In this document: one piece after another, positions 33,504 to 43,584 of the stretch | Layout of the letters: every line of letters begins with the position of its first letter | Position numbering within the stretch: the stretch's first letter is position 1 | Assembly (NCBI RefSeq): GCF_002854065.1 | Contig: NZ_CP024147.1 | DNA from: Escherichia coli | GTDB lineage: Bacteria; Pseudomonadota; Gammaproteobacteria; Enterobacterales; Enterobacteriaceae | DNA: 64,000 nt | Strand: one strand, 5' to 3' | Translations under genes and position numbers: made by a program | The notes under the pieces: generated by a model | What the model saw: only the letters and a program-made list of their open reading frames with translations | Database searches by the model: none | What the model was told of the DNA's origin: nothing

Positions 33504-34745
33504 TTAATCCTTAGCCTGCAACAGCGCGATAGTACGATTCATTTCGTTGAAGACGATATCGAGGCCTTCGTCAAAACCCATCCCTGGTTTTACCAGCATA
33601 CGCATAGGGCGAGCGGCAAGGGCGACGTGGACACAGGTGCGGGCACTAACATCAGTTTCATTGCAGGTGCCGCCCTGGTACGCTTCCATGCTGTGGCTGT
33701 TGCAGTAAAGAACCGCATCGACGATGTTGTGAATACTTCCAAGATCCGGGGTTTTGATTTGCACCATGTGACAACTGGCGGCATCAGTGAAATCAACAAT
33801 ATCCTGGTAGGTGTTACACCATTCATCGGCCACAATTTTCACGCCGGAACCGAGGCGCGTCAGCTCTTTGGTAATCGCGGTCAGCAGGCGAATTTGGTCG
33901 GGCTTGTTACCGGCATCGACCGGCCCTTCAATGTAGAGCGGCAGGCCTTGCGCTTCTTTTTCCAGGCTGGCGATGTATTGCGCACAGCGAAGCGGATCCA
34001 TATCGAAGATCAGACCGATAGTGCCGTATACATCGATGTGCAGGGTAGGGTGGTAGCGTGCGCTGGTGCGCTTGCTCAGAATGCGATCCGACAGCCAGCG
34101 GACATATTCGCGCAGTTTTTCACCTTTAAAGCCCAGCTTCTCTTCGACGTTATTAATCAGCGCATGGGGCAGCACGTCGATGCCCTTAAGGATCATCTTA
34201 TCGACGGCGATATATCGATCGTCGCCGCTCTGGCCAAATAATGGAATGGATTCCGCCACGTGTGGCAACTGCCATTCATCACAGACCACTTCAGTTTTCA
34301 GACGGCCGGTTGCCAGCGCAGTAGCATCAAGCAGCGCCTGTGATAATCCGTAGCGCACGGCGGTATGCAGCAAGTTGCCGTCAATACGCAGTTTGTCGAA
34401 GAAACGGGCATTCGGCAGGAAAGCATCCACATCGCGGCCTACCAGTAATGGCTTGATATGGTCGTTGAGGAACGGAATAAAGTGCTCTGCGAGGAACAGT
34501 GGATCGCGACCACCTGCCCCGGAATACTGTACGGCAGCACAGTCACCTACAGCGACCGCGCCGTTTTCCAGAATCAACTGTACCGATACGCACTCCCCGG
34601 CCTGACGAACGGCGTTAAACCCCTGTGTTACCGGCTCCCCGGTATAAAAAAAGCCGTCATGACCCGCTCCGTTTTTTATCGCCTGCTGGTCATCGAAATA
34701 GAATGAGGAGTAGCCAGCGGTGAACAGAGCCTGTTTTATTTTCAT
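33504..34745 (-). CDS. mal: 3-methylaspartate ammonia-lyase (methylaspartase, enolase superfamily)
   Basis: 413-aa ORF; strong similarity to clostridial methylaspartase as I remember it (…FYFDDQ.AIK.GAGHDGF.YTG…CAAVQYSGAGGRDPLFLA…HMVQIKTPDLG…). Confidence 0.9.
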   Translation of the reverse strand: MKIKQALFTAGYSSFYFDDQQAIKNGAGHDGFFYTGEPVTQGFNAVRQAGECVSVQLILENGAVAVGDCAAVQYSGAGGRDPLFLAEHFIPFLNDHIKPLLVGRDVDAFLPNARFFDKLRIDGNLLHTAVRYGLSQALLDATALATGRLKTEVVCDEWQLPHVAESIPLFGQSGDDRYIAVDKMILKGIDVLPHALINNVEEKLGFKGEKLREYVRWLSDRILSKRTSARYHPTLHIDVYGTIGLIFDMDPLRCAQYIASLEKEAQGLPLYIEGPVDAGNKPDQIRLLTAITKELTRLGSGVKIVADEWCNTYQDIVDFTDAASCHMVQIKTPDLGSIHNIVDAVLYCNSHSMEAYQGGTCNETDVSARTCVHVALAARPMRMLVKPGMGFDEGLDIVFNEMNRTIALLQAKD

Positions 34746-36190
34746 TATGGTCTTTCTATTAATTTACTGTGGGATACAGCATTGATGTCATCTACAACCA
34801 TCTGGAATGTCGGTTGGCGTCCTTCAAAGCGTGCGCGTTCCGCGACGTAATCGTGGTGGAGGTCGAGAATATCTTTTGGCAATGGAACGGCTCCGGCTTC
34901 CAGTACGCGTATCGCGCCGGTGTTGTCACGGACCGGAAGAATATTGCCCGCGTTGCAGGCGGCTGGCGCAAACGGCACATCCAGTACGCCCGCTTCAAAT
35001 GCCAGCACCGTACCGCGCGCAATATCACCATTACCCAGTTCGAACACTTTATTCAGTACCGCGCGAACCTCGCTCTTAATCAGTTCAATTTCCAGTTCAA
35101 CCGCAGGGCACGGCGGGAATTTCTGCTCATTGACCATGTTGAGCATCTGGCGGGAGGCTTTCAGCCCCTGAATGTTGGCAGCGGCAGTCGGGATACCCCA
35201 GGCTTCGTGCGGACTTTTGGTGATGACTTTGGTGGCACCAGACATCCCCGCGACGGCTGCGCCCCAGGAGATAATAGCGAACGCTTTCGATTCGTCTTCC
35301 GGAAAGCCGCCCATCCACTGGTGAAACACGGTACTCAATTCATAGTCGGTATAGCCATAGCTCTGAAAGTATTCGTGTGCAAGTTCACGCAGAGACTGGA
35401 TCGCCGCAACATCCTGCGTCAGGCTGCCGACCTGGCCATAACCAACGGTGATAGATTTCACACCCTGTTCCAGTGCCAGCAAGCCTTCGATTATCGCGAT
35501 AGAGTGCGAGATAAACGGCGGGATCAGCGTACCCGTTAGTGGGCCAAACGGTTCGCGGTTGATGCGGATCCCGTGTTCTTCATACATCCCCATTAAACGG
35601 TCGCAGTACTGCCAGTCGCGGATCGATTTTTCCAGCGTTACGCGTTTGGCATACGGAATGTTGTAGGAAATGCCACCGCCTTCATAACTGGTAAAGCCGC
35701 TGGCCATTGAGATTTCAGCCAGCAGACGCGCATCTGGCGTGCCGTGGCGGATCTGTAGCGGTTTTTGCAGGGTTTCGGTGAGGCGACGGCAAGCTGCGAC
35801 ACCATGGTTAACTACCGGTAAACCGTTCAGTTTAGAGGTTCCGGCTTCGATGGATTTTTTAATCCCTACAGCCGCTTCTTCGTACCGATTCAGACGGGTA
35901 TATGCATCGATGGTGCTTGGCAGCAGATCGCACTCTTCTTGTAGTGTTTTCAGCAGTTCGATGTGTTCGTCCATCAGCGCCACACCTGCGCGCGGTTGGC
36001 TAAGGGTTTTACCTTCCTTGTCTGCTTTCAGCAGCGCAAGAGAGAAGCGTTTATGCTCAGGGATGGTTTGTTGGTATTTAACGCCATCTTCAAAGATTTC
36101 AACATCCTTGCCGGTTTCCCAGGTTTTCAGTACCTGTTGCCGCTCGGTCATGAATTCGTCATGGGTTAATTTCTTATTTCGAAGTTCCAT
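34745..36190 (-). CDS. glmE: Glutamate mutase E subunit (methylaspartate mutase epsilon chain)
   Basis: 481-aa ORF, 1-nt stop/start overlap with mal; size and position match GlmE/MutE. Confidence 0.85.
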   Translation of the reverse strand: MELRNKKLTHDEFMTERQQVLKTWETGKDVEIFEDGVKYQQTIPEHKRFSLALLKADKEGKTLSQPRAGVALMDEHIELLKTLQEECDLLPSTIDAYTRLNRYEEAAVGIKKSIEAGTSKLNGLPVVNHGVAACRRLTETLQKPLQIRHGTPDARLLAEISMASGFTSYEGGGISYNIPYAKRVTLEKSIRDWQYCDRLMGMYEEHGIRINREPFGPLTGTLIPPFISHSIAIIEGLLALEQGVKSITVGYGQVGSLTQDVAAIQSLRELAHEYFQSYGYTDYELSTVFHQWMGGFPEDESKAFAIISWGAAVAGMSGATKVITKSPHEAWGIPTAAANIQGLKASRQMLNMVNEQKFPPCPAVELEIELIKSEVRAVLNKVFELGNGDIARGTVLAFEAGVLDVPFAPAACNAGNILPVRDNTGAIRVLEAGAVPLPKDILDLHHDYVAERARFEGRQPTFQMVVDDINAVSHSKLIERP

Positions 36191-36208
36191 TGATTGCAGC
36201 CTTAATTG

Positions 36209-37597
36209 TTATAGGGTTAAGCATTGAATACTGGTGCGCGCGGCGGCCAGCGGATCGACTCTGGCGACGTTTGCCAGCAGTGGTAATAGCCCCCGGGAAT
36301 CGCGGTAATATTCAAATTCGGTCGGTAAGAGAATGCGTTTACCGTCGTCGTTTAACTCGCGGTATTTCAACCAGTGATGCATATCGAACTGACTGGCACG
36401 CGAGAGCCATCCGCCGGATCCGACGACTTTACGCACGGTTGTCAGGTCACGTCCCATCTGTAAATCGACATTGCCGACGCAGGTGCAGACCTCTTTTTTG
36501 GTGCCCGCATGTCTTTCGGTGGCATAACCCACACACAGTCCGGCCAGGACGGTATCGAAATATTTCTCTTCTGCATTTGCGGGTAAGTAGTCGGGATGAG
36601 CGACTAGATGACGGAGGTAATGATAAAAAGCGTCCAGCTGTGCGGGTTGCTGAGCAAAATTCACATTGACTAACTCTTTCGCACTTTCACCAACCACCAC
36701 TGCCGAGACGCGCATTCCCAGATCGCCTTCCACCGTCCGTTTTACGAAGGGTTCCGGTACGCCGTGTAAAACGGTGTCGGGCGAGAGCGTGTTGGCACAG
36801 GCGGAATAAACATCGGTGGTTGCGCCGCCCATGTCGATCAGCATGAACTCTTTCCAGCTGTGATCGACGTTACTGATTGCCTTGACCAGTTCAAAGACCG
36901 TCCATGGTGTCGGCATTGGTTCTTCGCCTGTTTTATCAACAATGACATCCAGCCCTTTCCCTTTAACGATGCGTTTAAGGAATATGTCGCAAATAGCCTG
37001 GCGTGCGGCTAAAGGGTTCGGATGGTCAAGATCGGGCAGAACATTGTCGACGATGGTCAGGTCTTTATGCCCGAGGATCTCCTGCACCTCGTCCTGAATA
37101 TCCCGGTTTCCGGCATAAATAATGGCGCAGTCGAGTTTGGATTCTGCCAGCACACGGGCGTTATTCAGTCCGTAGCTTTCTTCTCCGCCGTCGGTGCCGC
37201 CGGTGAACAAGAGAATATCGGGCTGCGTTTCTTCCAGTGCCTGGATATCACGGCGGTTCAGCTTGTAGGCGTAATATTGCGCAATTTTAGCACCCGCAGA
37301 GTGAGCGGTTACTTTCGCGGTTTCCAGGGTGATAGAAGGCACCAATCCCATTGCGGCAACCGCCAGCCCACCTTTGGCAGAGGAGGAATACTTCAATGCA
37401 ACCTCACCGCTGTTTAACAGGGGGAGGGCATTATCTACGTTTAACACCTGGTTCAGGCTGGAGAAAAACCCCTTCGCCAGATGATGGGTGGTGGTTGGGG
37501 TCAGTACGTGGTTAACCAACGTTAACGCGTCCCCCTCCCGGGTGAAGAGGGCTGCTTTGGTCCACGTCGATCCAATATCGACAGAGACGATTTGCAT
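36209..37597 (-). CDS. glmL: Glutamate mutase-associated protein GlmL/MutL (ASKHA-fold ATPase-like)
   Basis: 462-aa ORF between glmS and glmE, as in clostridial glutamate mutase operons. Confidence 0.8.
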   Translation of the reverse strand: MQIVSVDIGSTWTKAALFTREGDALTLVNHVLTPTTTHHLAKGFFSSLNQVLNVDNALPLLNSGEVALKYSSSAKGGLAVAAMGLVPSITLETAKVTAHSAGAKIAQYYAYKLNRRDIQALEETQPDILLFTGGTDGGEESYGLNNARVLAESKLDCAIIYAGNRDIQDEVQEILGHKDLTIVDNVLPDLDHPNPLAARQAICDIFLKRIVKGKGLDVIVDKTGEEPMPTPWTVFELVKAISNVDHSWKEFMLIDMGGATTDVYSACANTLSPDTVLHGVPEPFVKRTVEGDLGMRVSAVVVGESAKELVNVNFAQQPAQLDAFYHYLRHLVAHPDYLPANAEEKYFDTVLAGLCVGYATERHAGTKKEVCTCVGNVDLQMGRDLTTVRKVVGSGGWLSRASQFDMHHWLKYRELNDDGKRILLPTEFEYYRDSRGLLPLLANVARVDPLAAARTSIQCLTL

Positions 37598-38046
37598 CAG
37601 ATAGCCTCTTCAAGAATACGAGTATCAACGTCATGACGTTGGTTGATATCGTGGGCCATCAGCTGACAAACATCTTCTAAGTCATGACTTGGGGCAAAGA
37701 CGCGATCAAATCCCATCTCTTTGAATTTGGTTTCCACGTCAGCGAAGTCATGTTTTCCGACCACCAGGTTACCGCCCACATAGAGCAGGATGTCCCCCAG
37801 TCCACGCTCGATGCAGCGTTCGCGCATGCCCAGACAGTCGATATCGCCATGCCCATAGATAGAGGAGACGACAATCGCGTCAGCGCCAGTTTCAATGGCC
37901 GCATCAATATATTCGTCCTGGCTGACCATTACGCCCAGATTAATGACTCTGAAGTCGTGGTTGCTAAAAACGCGGTCCAGAACTTTATTGCCTACTGCAT
38001 GGCAGTCCGCGCCAATAACGCCAATCACAAGTGTTGCTTTCTTCAT
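37597..38046 (-). CDS. glmS: Glutamate mutase S subunit (B12-binding sigma chain)
   Basis: About 149 aa from [24 protein letters not shown]…; cobalamin-binding DxHxxG motif (ADCHAVG); TGATG overlap with glmL. Confidence 0.9.
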   Translation of the reverse strand: MKKATLVIGVIGADCHAVGNKVLDRVFSNHDFRVINLGVMVSQDEYIDAAIETGADAIVVSSIYGHGDIDCLGMRERCIERGLGDILLYVGGNLVVGKHDFADVETKFKEMGFDRVFAPSHDLEDVCQLMAHDINQRHDVDTRILEEAI

Positions 38047-38592
38047 GGGTAATCCTTTGTAAGACAGAGAGTAAAATAAGTTACACACGTCGTATTTATG
38101 GCCGTTCATAACGGCACAGGTTTAATATCACAGGAGTGTCTTTATCTGACCGTAATGTTGCAATTGATCTATTTTCAAAATGTCTTTCGGGAAATGATTG
38201 TTTAAAGTGTGTTTTTAAATTCCCATGTTAATTCAGTATGTTATGTCAACTAATGTCATGAATGTTAAATTTTTAAAATTAACTTGATTTAATGTATTGA
38301 GATAATTGTGATCTACTTCTAATTTGCATTTTAGTGATATGGGTTTAGCCATGAGTAAATGCATTTCATAAAATTTAAGTCGAATTTCACTGCAATTCAT
38401 CTCTGCTTAATGTAAAAATAATGTTGAAAATAACAAATGGTTAATGATTCATGCGAATTATGACGTTAGTTAGCTCTTTTGATTTTTCGTAAAAAAGAGA
38501 GGTACATGAAGGTGCTACCAGTATGAGTAACGTTAATCAAAGGTTTTATTACGTCTGGCAATAACGCAGGCCATTTTCGCGACTGGGTGGAT

Positions 38593-39015
38593 TTAATCAG
38601 TATAATCCTCATACAATATTTCAGGATTAACTGAACCGTTAACCGGGTTTTGGTGTTGAAATTTAGAAATGGCGGAGTCAATCAATGAAGACAGTATCGA
38701 AAAAATAACTGTGTCAGAACTAATTTCAATTAATCCTTCTCGTTGTTGACCAAAAAAGATATTTATCTTGATTTCATTTGTACTACGGCAATCAATATGT
38801 AGTAATTTTTGATCGCTGAGATTTTCTGTTTCATAAATGTTTTTGGCGATAGTCGGATGTATTGATGCCAGACATCTGCTCAGATAAGCCAGATCCTTTA
38901 GGGAACACCCCGCTGAGTAGAGGATGTCAGAGAATTTTTGTGTGTCAACTGTTGTCTCTGAAGCGTATGTTGCATTGACAGGAAGGGTGTTGAAAGAGAT
39001 TTGAGATGGGATCAT
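38593..39015 (-). CDS. Hypothetical acidic protein (140 aa) in AT-rich segment
   Basis: ORF in a strongly AT-rich region; no recognisable motif. Confidence 0.5.
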   Translation of the reverse strand: MIPSQISFNTLPVNATYASETTVDTQKFSDILYSAGCSLKDLAYLSRCLASIHPTIAKNIYETENLSDQKLLHIDCRSTNEIKINIFFGQQREGLIEISSDTVIFSILSSLIDSAISKFQHQNPVNGSVNPEILYEDYTD

Positions 39016-39096
39016 TATTTAAATCTTTCCGTGAGTAATAAAAATTAATCCCCAGGCATTGTTTAACAATATTTGCCATAGGGGATATATAGAAAA

Positions 39097-40041
39097 TTAA
39101 AGTATTTTATTGGCTTCGGTTAACTGATCTATAACCAGTGCCAGATTGGTAAACATTTTGAAAAAGCGATACTGGCTCGGAATATCTCTTTCAAAGACGA
39201 AACATTCAAGGTCATTGTTTGAAAAATAAAGGACTAGTGTTGCTGATTCGTCAGGGAAAACATGGAAATGTATCTGGTTACCAGAAGGAGGATAGTCCAG
39301 AAGAAGGGTATCTTTGCCCGTCACATACCTGTTGTTGTCGTGGACGCTACGCTCACACTTCATCAGAGGTGTCAGGATACTCATGTATTCATCTGATGTT
39401 AATTTATTAAAATCATCATTCATTTTAAAGAAACGATAAAGTAACAGTACATCCTCTTGCGTAACCGGTTCGTTTGTTTTTAGAGGGAAATAAGCGGGAA
39501 CCAGAAGATGAGGTTCTAATCTATTTTGTTGAGCGCTATAACTGAATTTGAACATAAATTCCGGATCGCTCATCAATTGAGCGACATAATTATGCCTGGC
39601 TTCGAAAATTTTAATTTTTATCAGGTTAAATAAGTCTGTTTCGTCATCCTGTATTAAAAGACATTGGCCATAGCAGCCAGGCTTTTTTTCATTATAAGCA
39701 GAAACGGTTATTCTGTCAGAGGTGTCAACGTTATATTCAAAAGCCAGATAGTGACCTTCTTCATCGCGATTTGTTTCCAGGTTATTTAAATTCATCACAT
39801 GAAGTGTTTGCAATGCTGATTCAATGAGCTGTTGACTCTCTGAGGTAAATGTTTCGCGCTGCGTTGTATAAAGTGTATCAATTCCAACGACTATCCGATG
39901 TGGGTCAAGGATGGCGGCAATCATCTTTATTACCTGCACAGTCACGGGTGATGTCATTGATTCTTTATCTGTTTTTAGAGAATCATTAGATGGCCAACCT
40001 GAGAAGCGATTGACAGCCGAACCGATATTATCAGGACTCAT
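39097..40041 (-). CDS. Hypothetical protein (314 aa) in AT-rich segment
   Basis: ORF with Ser/Asn/Pro-rich N-terminus, no transmembrane segments, no recognisable catalytic motif; co-directional with the 140-aa ORF. Confidence 0.55.
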   Translation of the reverse strand: MSPDNIGSAVNRFSGWPSNDSLKTDKESMTSPVTVQVIKMIAAILDPHRIVVGIDTLYTTQRETFTSESQQLIESALQTLHVMNLNNLETNRDEEGHYLAFEYNVDTSDRITVSAYNEKKPGCYGQCLLIQDDETDLFNLIKIKIFEARHNYVAQLMSDPEFMFKFSYSAQQNRLEPHLLVPAYFPLKTNEPVTQEDVLLLYRFFKMNDDFNKLTSDEYMSILTPLMKCERSVHDNNRYVTGKDTLLLDYPPSGNQIHFHVFPDESATLVLYFSNNDLECFVFERDIPSQYRFFKMFTNLALVIDQLTEANKIL

Positions 40042-40547
40042 AGCAGCAACCTCATTGTAATCAAGCGAGGCGCTGAGCGTACTCGGCTATAGAAAAACTA
40101 ACTTGCAAAAATCGCTCATTTTTCATTTATCAGGCGAAAGTGGTCTCTGTACACTCAGAAACAATCACTCCCGCTAAGTCATACCTGTTTCATCGATACA
40201 TTTAAGTGATTATTACTAATGAAACAATAACATAACGGGCTTACGGTCGGTGCTCATAAAGGCAACAATCAATTAACTTTGATAAAAATATGTTATGTAA
40301 AATAGCAACAAATTGGCTACTCTAATCAATTGGTATTATAAAAAGTGGATAAGGCGGTTCTGTTAAATAAAATACTGGTTTTTTATCTATACCTTTTCAT
40401 TGTAATAATTGTGTTGCATAAATATTTCACAATAAATTAACAATAAAATCACCAATGATCTATGGTTTATACATAATTAACATATTTGGTTGGTTTTGAT
40501 ATAAATCAATTTTTAATTCTTGAAAAAAATCTGCAAAACACGATAAA

Positions 40548-40561
40548 TTGTCGTAGATCAA
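40548..40561. promoter_or_regulatory. Putative FNR/CRP-family site in the cydA upstream region
   Basis: ttgtcgtagatcaa matches TTGAT-N4-ATCAA with one mismatch; cydAB is known to be FNR/ArcA-regulated. Confidence 0.3.
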
Positions 40562-40846
40562 ATTGATGAGATCGTGACAATTTCGCTATAAATTGATCAC
40601 TGTCGAAAAATGCAAATTTGCTCAATAAAAACCTGTTTATTGTAAGGATTTTGCGGCGTAATATAATTACGGGATCAATTTGGTTTATTCATTAACATAT
40701 TTGTAACTTTTTTATCATTGTCTTTTCCTCTTTTGATGAAATGGCAACGATAGGGGCGAGCAAATAATTTTGTATTGGGGCATGCGTGTGACCCTTTCTA
40801 ACGGGGTTCACTCTCGGAGTCTTCATGCGATGAGCAAGGAGTCATG

Positions 40847-42415
40847 ATGTTAGATATAGTCGAACTGTCGCGCTTACAGTTTGCCTTGACCGCGATGTAC
40901 CACTTCCTTTTTGTGCCACTGACGCTCGGTATGGCGTTCCTGCTGGCCATTATGGAAACGGTCTACGTCCTTTCCGGCAAACAGATTTATAAAGATATGA
41001 CCAAGTTCTGGGGCAAGTTGTTTGGTATCAACTTCGCTCTGGGTGTGGCTACCGGTCTGACCATGGAGTTCCAGTTCGGGACTAACTGGTCTTACTATTC
41101 CCACTATGTAGGGGATATCTTCGGTGCGCCGCTGGCAATCGAAGGTCTGATGGCCTTCTTCCTCGAATCCACCTTTGTAGGTCTGTTCTTCTTCGGTTGG
41201 GATCGTCTGGGTAAAGTTCAGCATATGTGTGTCACCTGGCTGGTGGCGCTCGGTTCAAACCTGTCCGCGCTGTGGATTCTGGTTGCAAACGGCTGGATGC
41301 AAAACCCAATCGCGTCCGATTTCAACTTTGAAACTATGCGTATGGAGATGGTGAGCTTCTCCGAGCTGGTGCTTAACCCGGTTGCTCAGGTGAAATTCGT
41401 TCACACTGTAGCGTCTGGTTATGTGACTGGCGCGATGTTCATCCTCGGTATCAGCGCATGGTATATGCTGAAAGGTCGTGACTTCGCCTTCGCTAAACGC
41501 TCCTTTGCTATCGCTGCCAGCTTCGGTATGGCTGCCGTTCTGTCTGTTATTGTTCTGGGTGATGAATCCGGCTACGAAATGGGCGACGTGCAGAAAACCA
41601 AACTGGCTGCTATTGAAGCTGAGTGGGAAACGCAACCTGCGCCTGCTGCCTTTACTCTGTTCGGCATTCCTGATCAGGAAGAGGAGACGAACAAATTTGC
41701 GATCCAGATCCCTTACGCGCTGGGCATCATTGCAACGCGTTCCGTGGATACTCCAGTTATCGGCCTGAAAGAACTGATGGTGCAGCATGAAGAACGCATT
41801 CGTAACGGGATGAAGGCGTACTCTCTGCTCGAGCAACTGCGTTCTGGTTCTACCGACCAGGCGGTTCGTGACCAGTTCAACAGCATGAAGAAAGACCTCG
41901 GTTACGGTCTGCTGCTGAAACGCTATACGCCAAACGTGGCTGATGCGACTGAAGCGCAGATTCAACAGGCAACCAAAGACTCCATTCCGCGTGTAGCGCC
42001 GCTGTACTTCGCGTTCCGTATCATGGTGGCGTGTGGCTTCCTGCTGCTGGCAATCATCGCGCTCTCTTTCTGGAGTGTCATCCGCAACCGCATTGGCGAG
42101 AAAAAATGGCTCCTGCGCGCCGCGCTGTACGGTATTCCGCTGCCGTGGATTGCTGTAGAAGCGGGCTGGTTCGTGGCTGAATATGGCCGCCAACCGTGGG
42201 CTATCGGTGAAGTGCTGCCGACAGCTGTGGCGAACTCGTCACTGACCGCAGGCGATCTCATCTTCTCAATGGTGCTGATTTGCGGCCTGTATACCCTGTT
42301 CCTGGTGGCAGAATTGTTCTTAATGTTCAAGTTTGCACGCCTCGGCCCAAGCAGCCTGAAAACCGGTCGCTATCACTTTGAGCAGTCTTCCACGACTACT
42401 CAGCCGGCACGCTAA
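40847..42415 (+). CDS. cydA: Cytochrome bd-I ubiquinol oxidase subunit I
   Basis: 522 aa from [28 protein letters not shown]. Confidence 0.97.
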
Positions 42416-42430
42416 GACAGGAGTCGTCAA

Positions 42431-43570
42431 ATGATCGATTATGAAGTATTGCGTTTTATCTGGTGGCTGCTGGTTGGCGTTCTGCTGATTGGTTTTGCAG
42501 TCACTGACGGTTTCGACATGGGGGTGGGCATGCTCACCCGTTTCCTCGGTCGTAACGACACCGAGCGTCGAATTATGATTAACTCCATCGCACCACACTG
42601 GGACGGTAACCAGGTTTGGCTGATCACCGCAGGCGGCGCACTGTTTGCTGCCTGGCCGATGGTCTATGCCGCTGCGTTTTCCGGCTTCTATGTGGCGATG
42701 ATCCTCGTGCTGGCGTCTTTGTTCTTCCGTCCGGTCGGTTTTGACTACCGCTCCAAGATTGAAGAAACCCGCTGGCGTAACATGTGGGACTGGGGCATCT
42801 TCATTGGTAGCTTCGTTCCGCCGCTGGTGATTGGTGTAGCGTTCGGTAACCTGTTGCAGGGCGTACCGTTCAACGTTGATGAATATCTGCGTCTGTACTA
42901 CACCGGTAACTTCTTCCAGTTGCTTAACCCGTTCGGCCTGCTGGCAGGCGTGGTGAGCGTAGGGATGATCATTACTCAGGGCGCGACTTATCTGCAGATG
43001 CGTACCGTGGGCGAACTGCACCTGCGTACCCGTGCAACGGCTCAGGTGGCGGCACTGGTGACACTGGTCTGCTTCGCACTAGCTGGCGTATGGGTGATGT
43101 ACGGTATCGATGGTTATGTCGTGAAATCGACAATGGACCATTACGCAGCCTCTAACCCGCTGAATAAAGAAGTGGTTCGTGAAGCTGGCGCATGGCTGGT
43201 TAACTTCAACAACACGCCAATTCTGTGGGCTATTCCGGCACTGGGTGTGGTTCTGCCGCTGCTGACCATCCTGACTGCACGTATGGATAAAGCCGCGTGG
43301 GCGTTTGTGTTCTCCTCCCTGACGCTGGCCTGCATCATCCTGACTGCCGGTATCGCAATGTTCCCGTTTGTGATGCCGTCCAGCACCATGATGAACGCAA
43401 GTCTGACAATGTGGGATGCAACTTCCAGCCAGCTGACACTTAACGTCATGACTTGGGTTGCGGTGGTTCTGGTACCGATCATTCTGCTCTACACCGCCTG
43501 GTGTTACTGGAAAATGTTCGGTCGTATCACCAAAGAAGATATTGAACGTAACACCCACTCTCTGTACTAA
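42431..43570 (+). CDS. cydB: Cytochrome bd-I ubiquinol oxidase subunit II
   Basis: 379-aa hydrophobic ORF immediately after cydA. Confidence 0.97.
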   Translation: MIDYEVLRFIWWLLVGVLLIGFAVTDGFDMGVGMLTRFLGRNDTERRIMINSIAPHWDGNQVWLITAGGALFAAWPMVYAAAFSGFYVAMILVLASLFFRPVGFDYRSKIEETRWRNMWDWGIFIGSFVPPLVIGVAFGNLLQGVPFNVDEYLRLYYTGNFFQLLNPFGLLAGVVSVGMIITQGATYLQMRTVGELHLRTRATAQVAALVTLVCFALAGVWVMYGIDGYVVKSTMDHYAASNPLNKEVVREAGAWLVNFNNTPILWAIPALGVVLPLLTILTARMDKAAWAFVFSSLTLACIILTAGIAMFPFVMPSSTMMNASLTMWDATSSQLTLNVMTWVAVVLVPIILLYTAWCYWKMFGRITKEDIERNTHSLY

Positions 43571-43584
43571 GTAAGGAGCTAAAA

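Noticed and set aside
33501-36227. Plus-strand ORFs overlapping mal, glmE and glmL (33501..34241, 34769..35539, 35739..36227, 36190..36669)
   Set aside because: Antisense to the tightly packed glm/mal operon; the minus-strand genes carry the recognisable homology.
38047-38592. Cobalamin riboswitch upstream of the B12-dependent glutamate mutase genes
   Set aside because: No recognisable B12-box-like conserved core was seen by eye, and riboswitches usually control B12 supply rather than B12-dependent enzymes; left as a check in the findings.
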